Origin: Fimbriimonadales bacterium
GTDB taxonomy: Bacteria > Armatimonadota > Fimbriimonadia > Fimbriimonadales > ATM1
Assembly: GCA_041744215.1 (NCBI GenBank)
Contig: JBGTLG010000016.1
Location: 1 to 64,000 of the forward strand
Length of the DNA stretch: 64,000 nucleotides
Reading direction: 5' to 3'
Part shown: piece by piece, positions 48,227 through 57,890 of the stretch
Layout: each line of letters opens with the position of its first letter
Numbering within the stretch: position 1 is the stretch's first letter
Notes under the pieces: generated by a model
What the model was told of the DNA's origin: nothing
The model's input: the letters and a program-made list of their open reading frames with translations, nothing else
The model's database searches: none
Made by a program: the position numbers and the translations under genes

Positions 48227-49216
48227 ATGGCTAAAACCTCAAGTACTTTGTTCGTTTATCCTCGCGTCTGGATGGGCGGCGCTGCGAGCATGGCTGCGCG
48301 GTATCGCCATCTGCTGACATCCTGCGATGGTTTCGAGCCGGACGAGGTCACAAAGCAAGCGCTGATTCAGAGCCTTGTTTCGGGATCTCCGCTGCCCGAC
48401 CTTGCGCCCCTACTCGAAGATGCTGTCGCACTGGTGATCGGCGCTGGGCCGCCTGACGTGGTTCGCTTTGCCACTTTGCTTGCCGAGAAGTTTCCTGAGA
48501 AGTCGGTGATCAGCTGGCATGATCCTATGTTGCCTGAATACTCCGAACTGGAAATCGCCGCAGCGCGAACTGCAAAGAAGCACATTTGCCCAACCAAGCC
48601 GCACCGTGAGCTGCTTCGACGGCGGGGGGCAGAGATAGCAATCGCGTGCACCCCGTTGCTGGATGCAAAGCCGATTGAGTTGCGGGACCGAGCACAGCTG
48701 TGGGATGTTTGTCACTTTGGCTGGGTTGGTCGAGGGGCACGCGATTTGCCAGGACTTGTATCCGGAGTTGCGCGTGCACGCAAGCCCGGTTCGCGATGGC
48801 GTGTTGTTCAATATGGCGCGCTGCCGGCAGGGATGCCTCTTCAAATGATCGCCCACCGATTGAGTGGAGCATTTGAGCTGAAAGGCGAAGTGGCACAGCA
48901 GGCTATTCCTTCAGTGTACACCGATGTTCGTACGGCAGCGGTTTTGCAGGTAGGCGGATTTCTGGGAGAAATGTGCATCCCTGGCAAACTGATCGAGGCG
49001 GTCTTCTATGGTTGTCCGCCGCTGTGTGATCGACGGGGGGGGCTACTGACCCAGGTCTGTGACGAGGCAAATCTGCCTTCATGGTCGAAGCCCGTGGATG
49101 TGCCGGGGATTCTTGAAGCAGTCGATGGCTTTGTCGGAGAGGAATTCGCAATGCGACTGGGTGGTGCAATAGCGGACTGCGGAGTCACCGAGGCGTTCGA
49201 GATTCTGTCGAAGTGA
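48227..49216 (+). CDS. Divergent GT-B glycosyltransferase-like protein
   Basis: PGKLIEAVFYGCP resembles the GT4 PxKxxEy..G.P motif; cluster context. Confidence 0.55.
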   Translation: MAKTSSTLFVYPRVWMGGAASMAARYRHLLTSCDGFEPDEVTKQALIQSLVSGSPLPDLAPLLEDAVALVIGAGPPDVVRFATLLAEKFPEKSVISWHDPMLPEYSELEIAAARTAKKHICPTKPHRELLRRRGAEIAIACTPLLDAKPIELRDRAQLWDVCHFGWVGRGARDLPGLVSGVARARKPGSRWRVVQYGALPAGMPLQMIAHRLSGAFELKGEVAQQAIPSVYTDVRTAAVLQVGGFLGEMCIPGKLIEAVFYGCPPLCDRRGGLLTQVCDEANLPSWSKPVDVPGILEAVDGFVGEEFAMRLGGAIADCGVTEAFEILSK

Positions 49217-50381
49217 TCTCGTCGTAGAGCAACTCATACCGGTCAACGATCTTATCCCACGTATAGTCTCGTTCTACGAGCTGTCGTGCGTTGTCACCCA
49301 TCTTCAGAGTCAGCTCCAAATCGGTGAGCATCTCTGTCATCGACTTCGCGAACGCTTCAACGGTTCGTGGCACTATTCGTCCCGCACGATTTTGCTCTAT
49401 CTCGTCAAAGTGCGCCCCAGGAGTAGTTAAGATTGCGCACCGGTTAGCCATTGCTTCTAGCAAAGCGATTGAGAACCCTTCGGACTCAGTGGGGAGAACA
49501 AACAGGTCCGCTCGATCGAGCAGACGCTGCTTCAAGTCTCCCGTTACTGGGCCGGTTATCTCGATTTGTGATTCGGCATTGGCAGCACGAATTGACTCGC
49601 GCAGAGCGTTCTCTATTCCAAACTCGTCGGGTCCAGCGAGAATGAGGCGCGCATTAGGGACATCGTTTCGAACTCTAAGAAAAGCCTCCAAAGCAATGTC
49701 TGCGCCTTTGATTGGATGCATTCGCGCCATAAACAGCACAACTACCTCTGCGGACTGCCTATTCTGTGCTCCTTCAGCGGGCAAGTCGATCCCATTTGGG
49801 ATAACGGCTACTTTGTTGGAGAGTCCAAGTTGGCGATACGTCTTTTCTTCGTACTTCGTGAGCGCAATTAGCGCACTTGCGCGACGACAAGCAGGCAACT
49901 CGAACAAGGCCAAGTAGAGCCTCTTCTTTAGAGATCTGCGCGCCAACCGTTTGGAATCAAAAACACCGTGCTGGCTGTAGACATACGGTATTCGCTTGTC
50001 AGCCGCAAAACGCGAACAAACGCGATTGCTGTGGATAAAAGGAAGCTGGGAGTGAATGACATCGAAGTCAACTTCGCTCGAGTCAAGCCAAGGTTTAAGC
50101 GCAGGAGTGCGGTAGTCAGCATTGCTCTTGCGGAAGTAGCTTGTCGGAATCCACTTCGTCCAGGAGTCGTGCATCCGAAAGTAGCGAACTTCTACGCCAT
50201 CGACCTCGTGCCAACGCTCTGTATCGATGTCAAGCCTCTCTGTAAGGTTCGAATCAGTCGCAGCGACCATCACTCGGTGCCCGCGCTTTACAAGCCGCTC
50301 CGCAAGCGGAGCGACAGCAAGTATCGGCCCGCCAAGATTGTATGCTGGCTTCCAGCCAACTGCATTGTAGAGGATCGTCAA
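49185..50381 (-). CDS. GT4 glycosyltransferase
   Basis: GGP, IPNGI, ARMHPIKG, SEGFSIALLEAMA. Confidence 0.9.
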   Translation of the reverse strand: MTILYNAVGWKPAYNLGGPILAVAPLAERLVKRGHRVMVAATDSNLTERLDIDTERWHEVDGVEVRYFRMHDSWTKWIPTSYFRKSNADYRTPALKPWLDSSEVDFDVIHSQLPFIHSNRVCSRFAADKRIPYVYSQHGVFDSKRLARRSLKKRLYLALFELPACRRASALIALTKYEEKTYRQLGLSNKVAVIPNGIDLPAEGAQNRQSAEVVVLFMARMHPIKGADIALEAFLRVRNDVPNARLILAGPDEFGIENALRESIRAANAESQIEITGPVTGDLKQRLLDRADLFVLPTESEGFSIALLEAMANRCAILTTPGAHFDEIEQNRAGRIVPRTVEAFAKSMTEMLTDLELTLKMGDNARQLVERDYTWDKIVDRYELLYDEITSTESRTPR

Positions 50382-50384
50382 TGT

Positions 50385-51764
50385 CTACCGCCGCAAGATG
50401 TTTGCAATGCCGGCCGCGCTCAAGACAGCACTCACGATTTTTTCGAACTCGATCCGCGGCGTTTCGCCCGCGAAGATGATGTCTCCGGTCACAAGCACTG
50501 GGTTTGCCGAAGGATCTCCGTCTTTCAAGTATTTTGAAAAGTCCACAGAGATTGTCGAAACATCTCCGTCAGGCAGTACGCGAATGATAGACAGTCGATT
50601 CGCCGGGCCACGTTTTGTGAGTCCGCCCGCCATTCCTATCGCGTCGGAGAGATGCATTTCGTCGTCATCGCGCATTGTGAATAGGCCGGGCGTATTGACC
50701 TCTCCCATCACAGCGACTCTCCGCGTGTTCGTGCTGACGACTATCAGATCGCCAGCCTCGATAGGAATACCTTCGACATTGGATCGCAAGTCAACGGTAA
50801 TCGTCTGGTCTCCGCGGATGACGCGAACGTCTCGCAAGGATGCGTCCGTGCTAAGGCCCCCCGAGTTGGCGATGGCGCGGGTTATCGGGCTGCCCACCGG
50901 CACGTCCTTTTGCCCCGGGTTTTCAACCGACCCGAACACCCAAACGCGATGGGTTTCCGGCAACGCCAAAGAGACAAAGTCGCCATCCTTTAACTCGAAG
51001 TTAGGTGCGCGACCTGTTTCGATCTGCAACAGCGACGACCTCAAGACTTCCACGCCCTGCCTCGACAGAGTGACAATGATCTGCTCACGCAAATCTTCCT
51101 GCCCCGGCAGTGCTATTGCAGAGACAAACTCCGTGATTGAGGTCCCCGTCTCAACCATCGAAGTGCCTGGCTGTCTAGTTAGCCCACTCGACCAAACTCG
51201 AAGCTGTCGCAGGGTCTGAATGCTGATTACATCACCTGGCTCAATGAGGAGGCTCCCAGCAGAGTCGTCTGTTGCGCCGACATTGTAGAGATCGAAGGTT
51301 TCGCGCAGCTTGCCATCGCGAAAAATGGCTGCTTGTAGCCGCTCGGGCCGAAGACTGAGTCCGCCTGCCAATGCAATAGCCTCTCGGAGGGTCAGCTTGT
51401 CAGGCAGCGCGAACTGTCCGCCTTCCGAGACTTCACCGATAATCGAAAAGTAAGTGGGGCGCACTTTCGTCAGCAGAACGAAGCATTGCGAATAGGGGAA
51501 CCTCGGACGCAAGGTTGAGGCAATGTGGTCCTGTAACGCAACCGCAGTACGACCTGATGCTTGGATCGCACCAGCATAAGGCACCGTAATCTCGCCGCCC
51601 GGCGGAATCTCGAGTTCCATTTCTGACGGGCCAACCGGAACAAGGCCCTCGACACCGAGGACCAGTCGAATTTTGATGAAATCGCCAGGTTTTAGTCGAT
51701 ACGGCTCCGCGGCAGCAAGACACGCCAGGTGCAAGACGGCGACGAGTAGGGCAATCCTATGCAT
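50385..51764 (-). CDS. Polysaccharide export protein with SLBB repeats (Wza-like)
   Basis: YRLKPGD, GEITVPYAG, repeated GEV..PG / AIA.AGGL / GD.I SLBB units. Confidence 0.88.
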   Translation of the reverse strand: MHRIALLVAVLHLACLAAAEPYRLKPGDFIKIRLVLGVEGLVPVGPSEMELEIPPGGEITVPYAGAIQASGRTAVALQDHIASTLRPRFPYSQCFVLLTKVRPTYFSIIGEVSEGGQFALPDKLTLREAIALAGGLSLRPERLQAAIFRDGKLRETFDLYNVGATDDSAGSLLIEPGDVISIQTLRQLRVWSSGLTRQPGTSMVETGTSITEFVSAIALPGQEDLREQIIVTLSRQGVEVLRSSLLQIETGRAPNFELKDGDFVSLALPETHRVWVFGSVENPGQKDVPVGSPITRAIANSGGLSTDASLRDVRVIRGDQTITVDLRSNVEGIPIEAGDLIVVSTNTRRVAVMGEVNTPGLFTMRDDDEMHLSDAIGMAGGLTKRGPANRLSIIRVLPDGDVSTISVDFSKYLKDGDPSANPVLVTGDIIFAGETPRIEFEKIVSAVLSAAGIANILRR

Positions 51765-51817
51765 GACGTTAACTAGGACTTGTGATAAACCTGCGAAGCC
51801 GCGGGTAATCTCAACTC

Positions 51818-52759
51818 ATGTCCCAGGAACGCCGCGCTCTCGTAACCGGAGGGGCGGGGTTTATTGGCTCTCACCTGGTTGACGCGCTACTATCGAAAGG
51901 CTGGAAGGTGACTGTGCTCGATGATCTGAGTACCGGGAGCATTTCAAATTTGCCAGCCGCAGCCACACTCAAGTTTCTTGAGGGCTCTGTGCTCAATCCG
52001 GCAAAGGTCAGCGAGGCGATGGCTGGCGTCCATACTGTCTTTCACCTCGCAGCCAGCGTGAGCGTACCTTTCAGCGTGGAACACCCAGAAACCAGCTTTC
52101 GCGTCAATGCGGATGGGACTCTGATTTCTCTGGAGGCAGCGAGGCACGCAGGTGTCCGTAGGTTCATTTTCAGCGCGTCCTCTGCTCGCTACGGAGACGG
52201 ACCGGAATTGCCAAGGCGCGAAGGAATCGCGCCACAAACCTTATCTGTTTACGCCGCCGGTAAGCTCGCGGGCGAGGCTCTGGTTACTGCCTACGCTAAA
52301 TCTTATGCGCTCGAGACTGTGTCGCTGGTGTACTTCAACATTTTTGGCCCACGACAAAGTCCTGACTCACCTTATGCCGCCGTCATACCGATCTTTTTGT
52401 CCAAGCTAATGAAAAATCAACCGATCACGGTCTTTGGAGATGGCGAACAGACACGGGACTTCACCTACGTAGCTAACGTGGTCCAGGCGAACCTTCTCGC
52501 CGCAGACTCCGAAAGGTTGTGTGGGGAGTCGATCAATGTAGCGGGCGGCGAGTCGATCAGCCTCAATCAACTGATAAGCGAGATTAGTACAACAGTTGGC
52601 GTCTCCCCAGAAGTGATCCACGCTCCTCCAAGACCTGGAGACGTTGTCCACAGCAGCGCGGATATCAGCGCAGCTAAGCGTTTGCTCGGCTATGAACCAA
52701 TGGTGCCGTGGAGAGACGGGCTGAGGTTGACTGTCGACAGTCTACGACCGAGGGGTTAG
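51818..52759 (+). CDS. NAD-dependent nucleotide-sugar epimerase/dehydratase (extended SDR)
   Basis: TGGAGFIGSH, YAAGK, YFNIFGPRQ, GDGEQTRDF. Confidence 0.93.
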   Translation: MSQERRALVTGGAGFIGSHLVDALLSKGWKVTVLDDLSTGSISNLPAAATLKFLEGSVLNPAKVSEAMAGVHTVFHLAASVSVPFSVEHPETSFRVNADGTLISLEAARHAGVRRFIFSASSARYGDGPELPRREGIAPQTLSVYAAGKLAGEALVTAYAKSYALETVSLVYFNIFGPRQSPDSPYAAVIPIFLSKLMKNQPITVFGDGEQTRDFTYVANVVQANLLAADSERLCGESINVAGGESISLNQLISEISTTVGVSPEVIHAPPRPGDVVHSSADISAAKRLLGYEPMVPWRDGLRLTVDSLRPRG

Positions 52760-53820
52760 CCAGCTTGATATGCCGCGAGCGTCTGATCCACCGCACGAGC
52801 AATGGATAAGTCTATCTTCGGGGTCTGCGGCGAGATGCCGCTCAGTATCGCTTGCGCCCATCTATCCGAACTGCTGACGTCGAGAGTGGCGGGAGCGTTG
52901 AAAATGCTTTGCAGATCTATCGAAGTGGATGCGACCCATGGGAGTCCGATCGCCGTCGCTTCCAACAGAACTCTAGGCATTCCTTCGCTGAGTGAAGGGA
53001 GCAACAAGATGTCAGCCGCTCTCATGAGGTCTGCAACATCAGCTCTGGCGCCGAGAAACTGAACAAGGCCGCATTGAGCAAGTTGCTTCGCTCGTCGCTC
53101 GATGTTCTCCTTCGTCTCGCCCTCTCCAACAAGCAACAGAACGAAATCGACGCCCGCCTTCGCCAACTGCTCTGCGATCTCAATCACAAACGAGTGGTTC
53201 TTGACTGGATTGAACCTTCCGACGTGGAGAATCACCTGTTTCGGGGCCGAAATCTCAAGTGCATTACGGATCCGTTGGCGGACACCTGGCTCCGCTCGCC
53301 AGTCGGCTAGTGGAATTCCGGGCGGTACTACTGCAAAGTTCCTGCCTGACTGCCCGACGAGATTAGACCCCGCCAGATTTGACACCGCGAGCAGTCTATC
53401 GGCGAAGCTGAGCGTCCAACGGCGGGCAGCGATCCGGTATGGAGCTTGTCGCAGCTTCACGAGACCGCCGAGATCGTGTGCCTGCACGACAACGTTTCGG
53501 TGGCCGAGCTGCTTGCAAAGCTTCGCAGCATCACCTGACATTTCGCCCGCGTGAGCGTGGATGACGTCGGGCTCCACCTCCGCCAACGCCCTAGCGACAG
53601 TAGCCTTGAAGCACTTCCTTGCTCGCACTGCGTGCGCAGAAAAAACCTTGCAGCCAAGTTCCTGAAATCTGGGTTCCAAAACGCCCGGCACTCTTTCAAA
53701 CATCGTAAGCACATGGCTGTTGGTCCCTCGCACCTGGGCCTCGCGTATGAAGTCAAGCAGATACGTCTCAATGCCACCGACATCGAGACGGCCTACGACG
53801 TGAAGGATTCTCTGCGTCAC
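52756..53820 (-). CDS. GT4 glycosyltransferase (CapH/EpsF-like)
   Basis: GGIE, HVGRFNPVKNH, PSLSEGMP..LEA. Confidence 0.88.
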   Translation of the reverse strand: MTQRILHVVGRLDVGGIETYLLDFIREAQVRGTNSHVLTMFERVPGVLEPRFQELGCKVFSAHAVRARKCFKATVARALAEVEPDVIHAHAGEMSGDAAKLCKQLGHRNVVVQAHDLGGLVKLRQAPYRIAARRWTLSFADRLLAVSNLAGSNLVGQSGRNFAVVPPGIPLADWRAEPGVRQRIRNALEISAPKQVILHVGRFNPVKNHSFVIEIAEQLAKAGVDFVLLLVGEGETKENIERRAKQLAQCGLVQFLGARADVADLMRAADILLLPSLSEGMPRVLLEATAIGLPWVASTSIDLQSIFNAPATLDVSSSDRWAQAILSGISPQTPKIDLSIARAVDQTLAAYQAG

Positions 53821-54404
53821 ATCAAGGACAGCGCGTAATCAGGAGCGTTGCCTGGTTTCCATTTTATGCTGCACCCAATACTTGGCTGCTGCGTCTCGCT
53901 CGGCATCTCGCCTTCCATTACTGCTTCGATCGCATGGCGAAGATCTGCACCGGTCACCGGGACGTCGCTGTTCGGGCGACTGTCGTCCATTTGTCCGCGG
54001 TAAACGAGGACTCCGTCCGCATCGAAGAGGTAAAAGTCAGGAGTGCACGCTGCTCGAAACGCTTTCGCGACGTCTTGCGATTCATCCACCAGATAAGGAA
54101 AACGCCATTCCCATTCCGCTGCCTTCTCCGCCATGTTTGGCGCAGAGTCGTCGGGGTACTCGTCCGTATCATTCGGATTGATGGCAACTATGGCAAGCCC
54201 CTGAGCTTCATAACTCTCGAAAATGTTGCGGAGTTCTTCACGAACATGGTGAACAAAGGGGCAGTGGTTGCACGCAAAGACCACGAGCAACGCTTCAGCA
54301 TTTCGGAAGTCATCGCTATTGACGAGAGATCCGTCGAAGTTGGGCAAGCTAAACCTCGGCATCGGCGTGCCGAGCGTCAACATCGTAGATGGAATTGGGG
54401 GCAT
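53817..54404 (-). CDS. Thioredoxin/AhpC-TSA family protein
   Basis: CNHCPFV, YLVDESQ, CTPDF, YRGQMDD, GCSIKW; SD AAGGAGG; extended -10 TGcTAAACT at 54433-54441. Confidence 0.92.
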   Translation of the reverse strand: MPPIPSTMLTLGTPMPRFSLPNFDGSLVNSDDFRNAEALLVVFACNHCPFVHHVREELRNIFESYEAQGLAIVAINPNDTDEYPDDSAPNMAEKAAEWEWRFPYLVDESQDVAKAFRAACTPDFYLFDADGVLVYRGQMDDSRPNSDVPVTGADLRHAIEAVMEGEMPSETQQPSIGCSIKWKPGNAPDYALSLM

Positions 54405-54435
54405 GAATTCCTCCTTATGCTCGTTCTCCCTCAGT

Positions 54436-55317
54436 TTAGCACGCCTCGAAGCGCACATCGGGCATATCGGGCATATTGGCAAACCTAGCCTTCATCACGT
54501 TTATCGACTCTGGATGAGAGTCCACCAGGACGAAGTCCCGGCCGGCCTCTGCTGCAGCTACACCTGTCGTGCCGCTCCCTGCGAAGAAGTCGAGCACTAA
54601 TCCGCCTGGCGGCGAGGATGCCCCGACTATTCTTCGGAGTATTCCGAGTGGCTTCTGAGTCGGGTAGCCCGTCTTTTCTTTCCCGGTTGGAGAGACGATC
54701 GTGTGCCACCAAGTGTCTGTGGGCAGCTTGCCGCGCTCTGCCTTCTCTTCGCCGGCCATCTTCGGTGCCATGTAAGGTATTCGATCCACAGCCGCCGCAT
54801 CGAAGTAGTAGTTTTCTATATCCTTGACGTGAAGGAGAATATTGTCATGCTTAGGTGGCCACCTCTTGCTCGATCGTCCGCCGTAGTCATAAGCCCAAAT
54901 GATTTCATTGAGGAAGTTCTTTCGTCCAAAGATTTGATCAAGGAGTACTTTGCAGTAATGAACTTCACGGTAGTCGACATGAACGTAAAGCGAGCCGCTT
55001 TTCTTTAGAACGCGATGAGCCTCAGTTAACCTGGGTTCCAAGAAGCTCAGATAGTCGTCGAAGTTGTCTTCGTATGACGCGACGCGAAGAACGTCCGTCC
55101 GGTAGTTGCGGCCACCGAAGCCTACCCTCGGTGATGAATCGTCGCGAATTGCCTTGGTCGACGTTCTGCTTCGCGTGGTTCCTGTATTGAACGGAGGATC
55201 AACGTAGATGAGGTCTACCGACTCCGAGGGAAACCCTTGCAGGACGGCCAAGTTATCTCCGAAGATGATTCGACCAGCCACAATCAAGTTCTCACGTTTG
55301 GCATGGTCGGAATCCAA
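54436..55317 (-). CDS. Orphan beta-class N6/N4 DNA methyltransferase
   Basis: DPPF (motif IV) N-terminal, YPTQKP and DFFAGSGTTG (motif I) C-terminal; no restriction gene adjacent. Confidence 0.9.
   Translation of the reverse strand: MDSDHAKRENLIVAGRIIFGDNLAVLQGFPSESVDLIYVDPPFNTGTTRSRTSTKAIRDDSSPRVGFGGRNYRTDVLRVASYEDNFDDYLSFLEPRLTEAHRVLKKSGSLYVHVDYREVHYCKVLLDQIFGRKNFLNEIIWAYDYGGRSSKRWPPKHDNILLHVKDIENYYFDAAAVDRIPYMAPKMAGEEKAERGKLPTDTWWHTIVSPTGKEKTGYPTQKPLGILRRIVGASSPPGGLVLDFFAGSGTTGVAAAEAGRDFVLVDSHPESINVMKARFANMPDMPDVRFEAC
54453..54479. repeat. 3 x 9-bp imperfect tandem repeat inside the methyltransferase 3' end
   Basis: GCACATCGG GCATATCGG GCATATTGG, encoding NMPDMPDV. Confidence 0.7.
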
Positions 55318-55437
55318 ATCGCGCGGAGGCGGATTGGAAGTGACGTTGACATTGTGCGCGAATGGAGATTCGATATCCGTGTGGATGTTGTGAGTCCCTG
55401 TGTTTGATACGGCATTCGCTCACCTCAAACGTGTTTC

Positions 55438-55530
55438 TGGCGGAGCGGGTGGGATTCGAACCCACGACCCGTCTTGACAACGAGTACGCGATTTCCAGTC
55501 GCGCTCCTTCGACCACTCGGACACCGCTCC
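55438..55530 (-). tRNA. tRNA-Ser(GGA)
   Basis: GGAGCGG acceptor, CGCGA-CTGGAAA-TCGCG anticodon arm, long variable arm, GGTTCGAATCC, encoded CCA. Confidence 0.97.
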
Positions 55531-55556
55531 AGAACGGGAGGGATTATGGCAGATGA

Positions 55557-56408
55557 CTAACTCCGCGCACCCCATAGCAATCGCGTCCGCAGTTTGACCA
55601 AGAAGTCCGATCGATCTACCATAAGCAGCCGGGTCACGCGTTCAGACCGGGTTACGACAATCTCGTCGCCAGTCACCATGTTCAGTCGGTGCTGCCCATC
55701 AGCAGAAAAAACTGCGTCGCCTTGAACATCGACCATCAATTCGACGCGGCTATCAGGCGAAAGCACCAGCGGACGCGCACCGAGAGAGTGCGGAGTAATA
55801 GGCGTCAGCAACATCGCGTAGACACGCGGATGAACAATCGGCCCCCCAGCGGACAAAGAGTAGGCAGTCGAGCCGGTCGGAGTCGCAACCAGCAAACCGT
55901 CCGCGGGATAAGAAGTAATAAACTCCCAATCAATTCGCACACCAAATGACATCATCCGCGTTGCGATCGAACGCTGCACAGCGATTTCGTTCAACGCATG
56001 AAGTGTTGCAACGACAACACCACCGCGAACCAACTCACCACGAAGCATCATCCGATCGTCAAACTCCGCGTTGCCATCCAAGAACTGGCGCAACGCACTA
56101 CGAACCTCATGCGGATCACACTGAGTCACGAATCCAAAACGACCAAAATAAACGCCCAAGATCGGAGTGTTGCACTCACTCGCAGGACCGCTCGCACGAA
56201 TCAAAGTCCCATCCCCACCAAAAGTCGCAACCAAATCGCAATCCCCGATCTCAGGCAAAGCAACCCAAGCCTCATTCAAAGCAGCGCCGCTCTCGTGATC
56301 AAACCGAACCTCAACACCCAAACCCCGCAACCAACCAGCAGCAGACAAAGCAGAAGACACCGCGTCCTCACGAGCTGGATTCACTACGAAGTTGATCCGA
56401 GGCATCAA
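55557..56408 (-). CDS. nadK: NAD kinase
   Basis: GGDGT, ALNE, DG...ATPTGSTAYSLSAGGP. Confidence 0.95.
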   Translation of the reverse strand: MMPRINFVVNPAREDAVSSALSAAGWLRGLGVEVRFDHESGAALNEAWVALPEIGDCDLVATFGGDGTLIRASGPASECNTPILGVYFGRFGFVTQCDPHEVRSALRQFLDGNAEFDDRMMLRGELVRGGVVVATLHALNEIAVQRSIATRMMSFGVRIDWEFITSYPADGLLVATPTGSTAYSLSAGGPIVHPRVYAMLLTPITPHSLGARPLVLSPDSRVELMVDVQGDAVFSADGQHRLNMVTGDEIVVTRSERVTRLLMVDRSDFLVKLRTRLLWGARS

Positions 56409-56447
56409 AACCTCAACGTCAATGACACAGCAAACAATTCAAAAACT

Positions 56448-57890
56448 CTAACGACCAGAACCTTCCAAACGATCCAAGTTGCGACGAGCCTCAGAATAAT
56501 CCGGCTGCAATTGCAACGCACGACGAAGCAAAGAAATCGCCTCAGCCTTCTTATTCAAACGCTCAAGCGTGACTGCCAAATTGTTCAAGTAATCCGCGCG
56601 ACCACCGTCAGCAGAAACCGCAGCACGAAAACGACGCTCAGCATCAGCCATGTCGCCGTCGCGATAAGCAAGCAAACCCATACCGTTCAAGGCATCACCA
56701 TGACGAGGATTCGCAAGAAGCAACTGATTGTAATGATGCTTCGAACCAACAAAATCACCCGTCAAATACAAACCCTGAGCCAAAGATAAGCGAACATCAT
56801 GACGAGCAGGAGAAGAACGAATCACTTCCTTCCATAACTCAACAGCGGCAGAAGTCTTACCCAAACCAGAATGACTCGCAGCAAGATTCAACTTCGCATC
56901 AACACTACCAGGAGCAATGCCAGACAGCTTCATAAAAGTCAGCTCAGCATCAGAATAAGCGCCAGTCTTCAACTGAGCCAAACCCAAATTGTTCAAAGCA
57001 TCCTGATCTGTCGGAGACAAAGCCAAACAACGCTTGTAAGCCGCAATCGAACCAGAATCGTTCCCAGACAAACCCTCCATAACACCCAAGTTGTACCAAA
57101 GAGTCGCATCATCACGCAACAATACAGAACGACGAAGCAAACCCAATGACTTCTCAGAAGAACCTGTCAAACGATATGCCTCAACAAGAGCGATAACAAC
57201 GTCAACAGAACCAGGATCAGCAGAATGAGCACGCTCCAGATAAACCAAGGAATCCGATGCACGCCCCCCCCGCAACAATGCGATACCAGCGTTCTTCGAA
57301 AAAATAGCCCGATCAGGACGCAAACGACTCGCAGATACAAAATGAACCGCAGCGCCAGCATGATCACCCTGCATAACCAATACAGCCCCCAAATTGTTCA
57401 AACAATAAGCGTCATCACCACGAATCGACAAAGCACGCTCATAATGAGAACGAGAAGAAACCAAATCACCAAGCTCGCGATCGATGTTCCCAAGGTTGTA
57501 CCAGCCGTCAAAAAAACCGCCGTCCAAAGCAACAGCAGAAAGATAAGAACGACGAGCCCCAGCCAAATCACCCAGCTGAACATAAGCGCCGCCCAAGTTG
57601 TTCAATATCTCCAAATTCCCAGGAGACAAAACAGACGCGCGAGACAAATAAACAGAAGCATCAGAAGCAACACCCTTCTGAAGACTCAGATAACCAGCCC
57701 AATGCAATACATCCGCGTTATCACCAGCCTCGCCAGCAAGAACAACAGCACGAGACAAAGCGCCATCCAAATCACCAGACTTGAATAAACGGATCACCTC
57801 CAACAAACGATCAGATACCGAGCCCTGACCAAAACACACACAACTCAGAGAAAACGCCAAAAACACAAACAACAGCTTTCTATGCATCAC
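56448..57890 (-). CDS. Exported tetratricopeptide-repeat protein
   Basis: Signal peptide; repeated LNNLG/WYNLG TPR units; SD GGAG. Confidence 0.88.
   Translation of the reverse strand: MMHRKLLFVFLAFSLSCVCFGQGSVSDRLLEVIRLFKSGDLDGALSRAVVLAGEAGDNADVLHWAGYLSLQKGVASDASVYLSRASVLSPGNLEILNNLGGAYVQLGDLAGARRSYLSAVALDGGFFDGWYNLGNIDRELGDLVSSRSHYERALSIRGDDAYCLNNLGAVLVMQGDHAGAAVHFVSASRLRPDRAIFSKNAGIALLRGGRASDSLVYLERAHSADPGSVDVVIALVEAYRLTGSSEKSLGLLRRSVLLRDDATLWYNLGVMEGLSGNDSGSIAAYKRCLALSPTDQDALNNLGLAQLKTGAYSDAELTFMKLSGIAPGSVDAKLNLAASHSGLGKTSAAVELWKEVIRSSPARHDVRLSLAQGLYLTGDFVGSKHHYNQLLLANPRHGDALNGMGLLAYRDGDMADAERRFRAAVSADGGRADYLNNLAVTLERLNKKAEAISLLRRALQLQPDYSEARRNLDRLEGSGR

Noticed and set aside
47528-51219. 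Long antisense ORFs (47528-48169, 49291-49917, 50398-51219)
   Set aside because: In-register shadows of well-supported genes on the opposite strand.
44200-55440. Genomic island from tRNA-Ser through the polysaccharide cluster
   Set aside because: No duplicated tRNA 3' end, integrase or clear compositional boundary seen.
55946-57788. Long + strand ORFs (e.g. 55998-56789, 57225-57788) rich in T/Q/R/I/S
   Set aside because: Antisense to nadK and the TPR gene; explained by stop-codon depletion on the T-poor strand.
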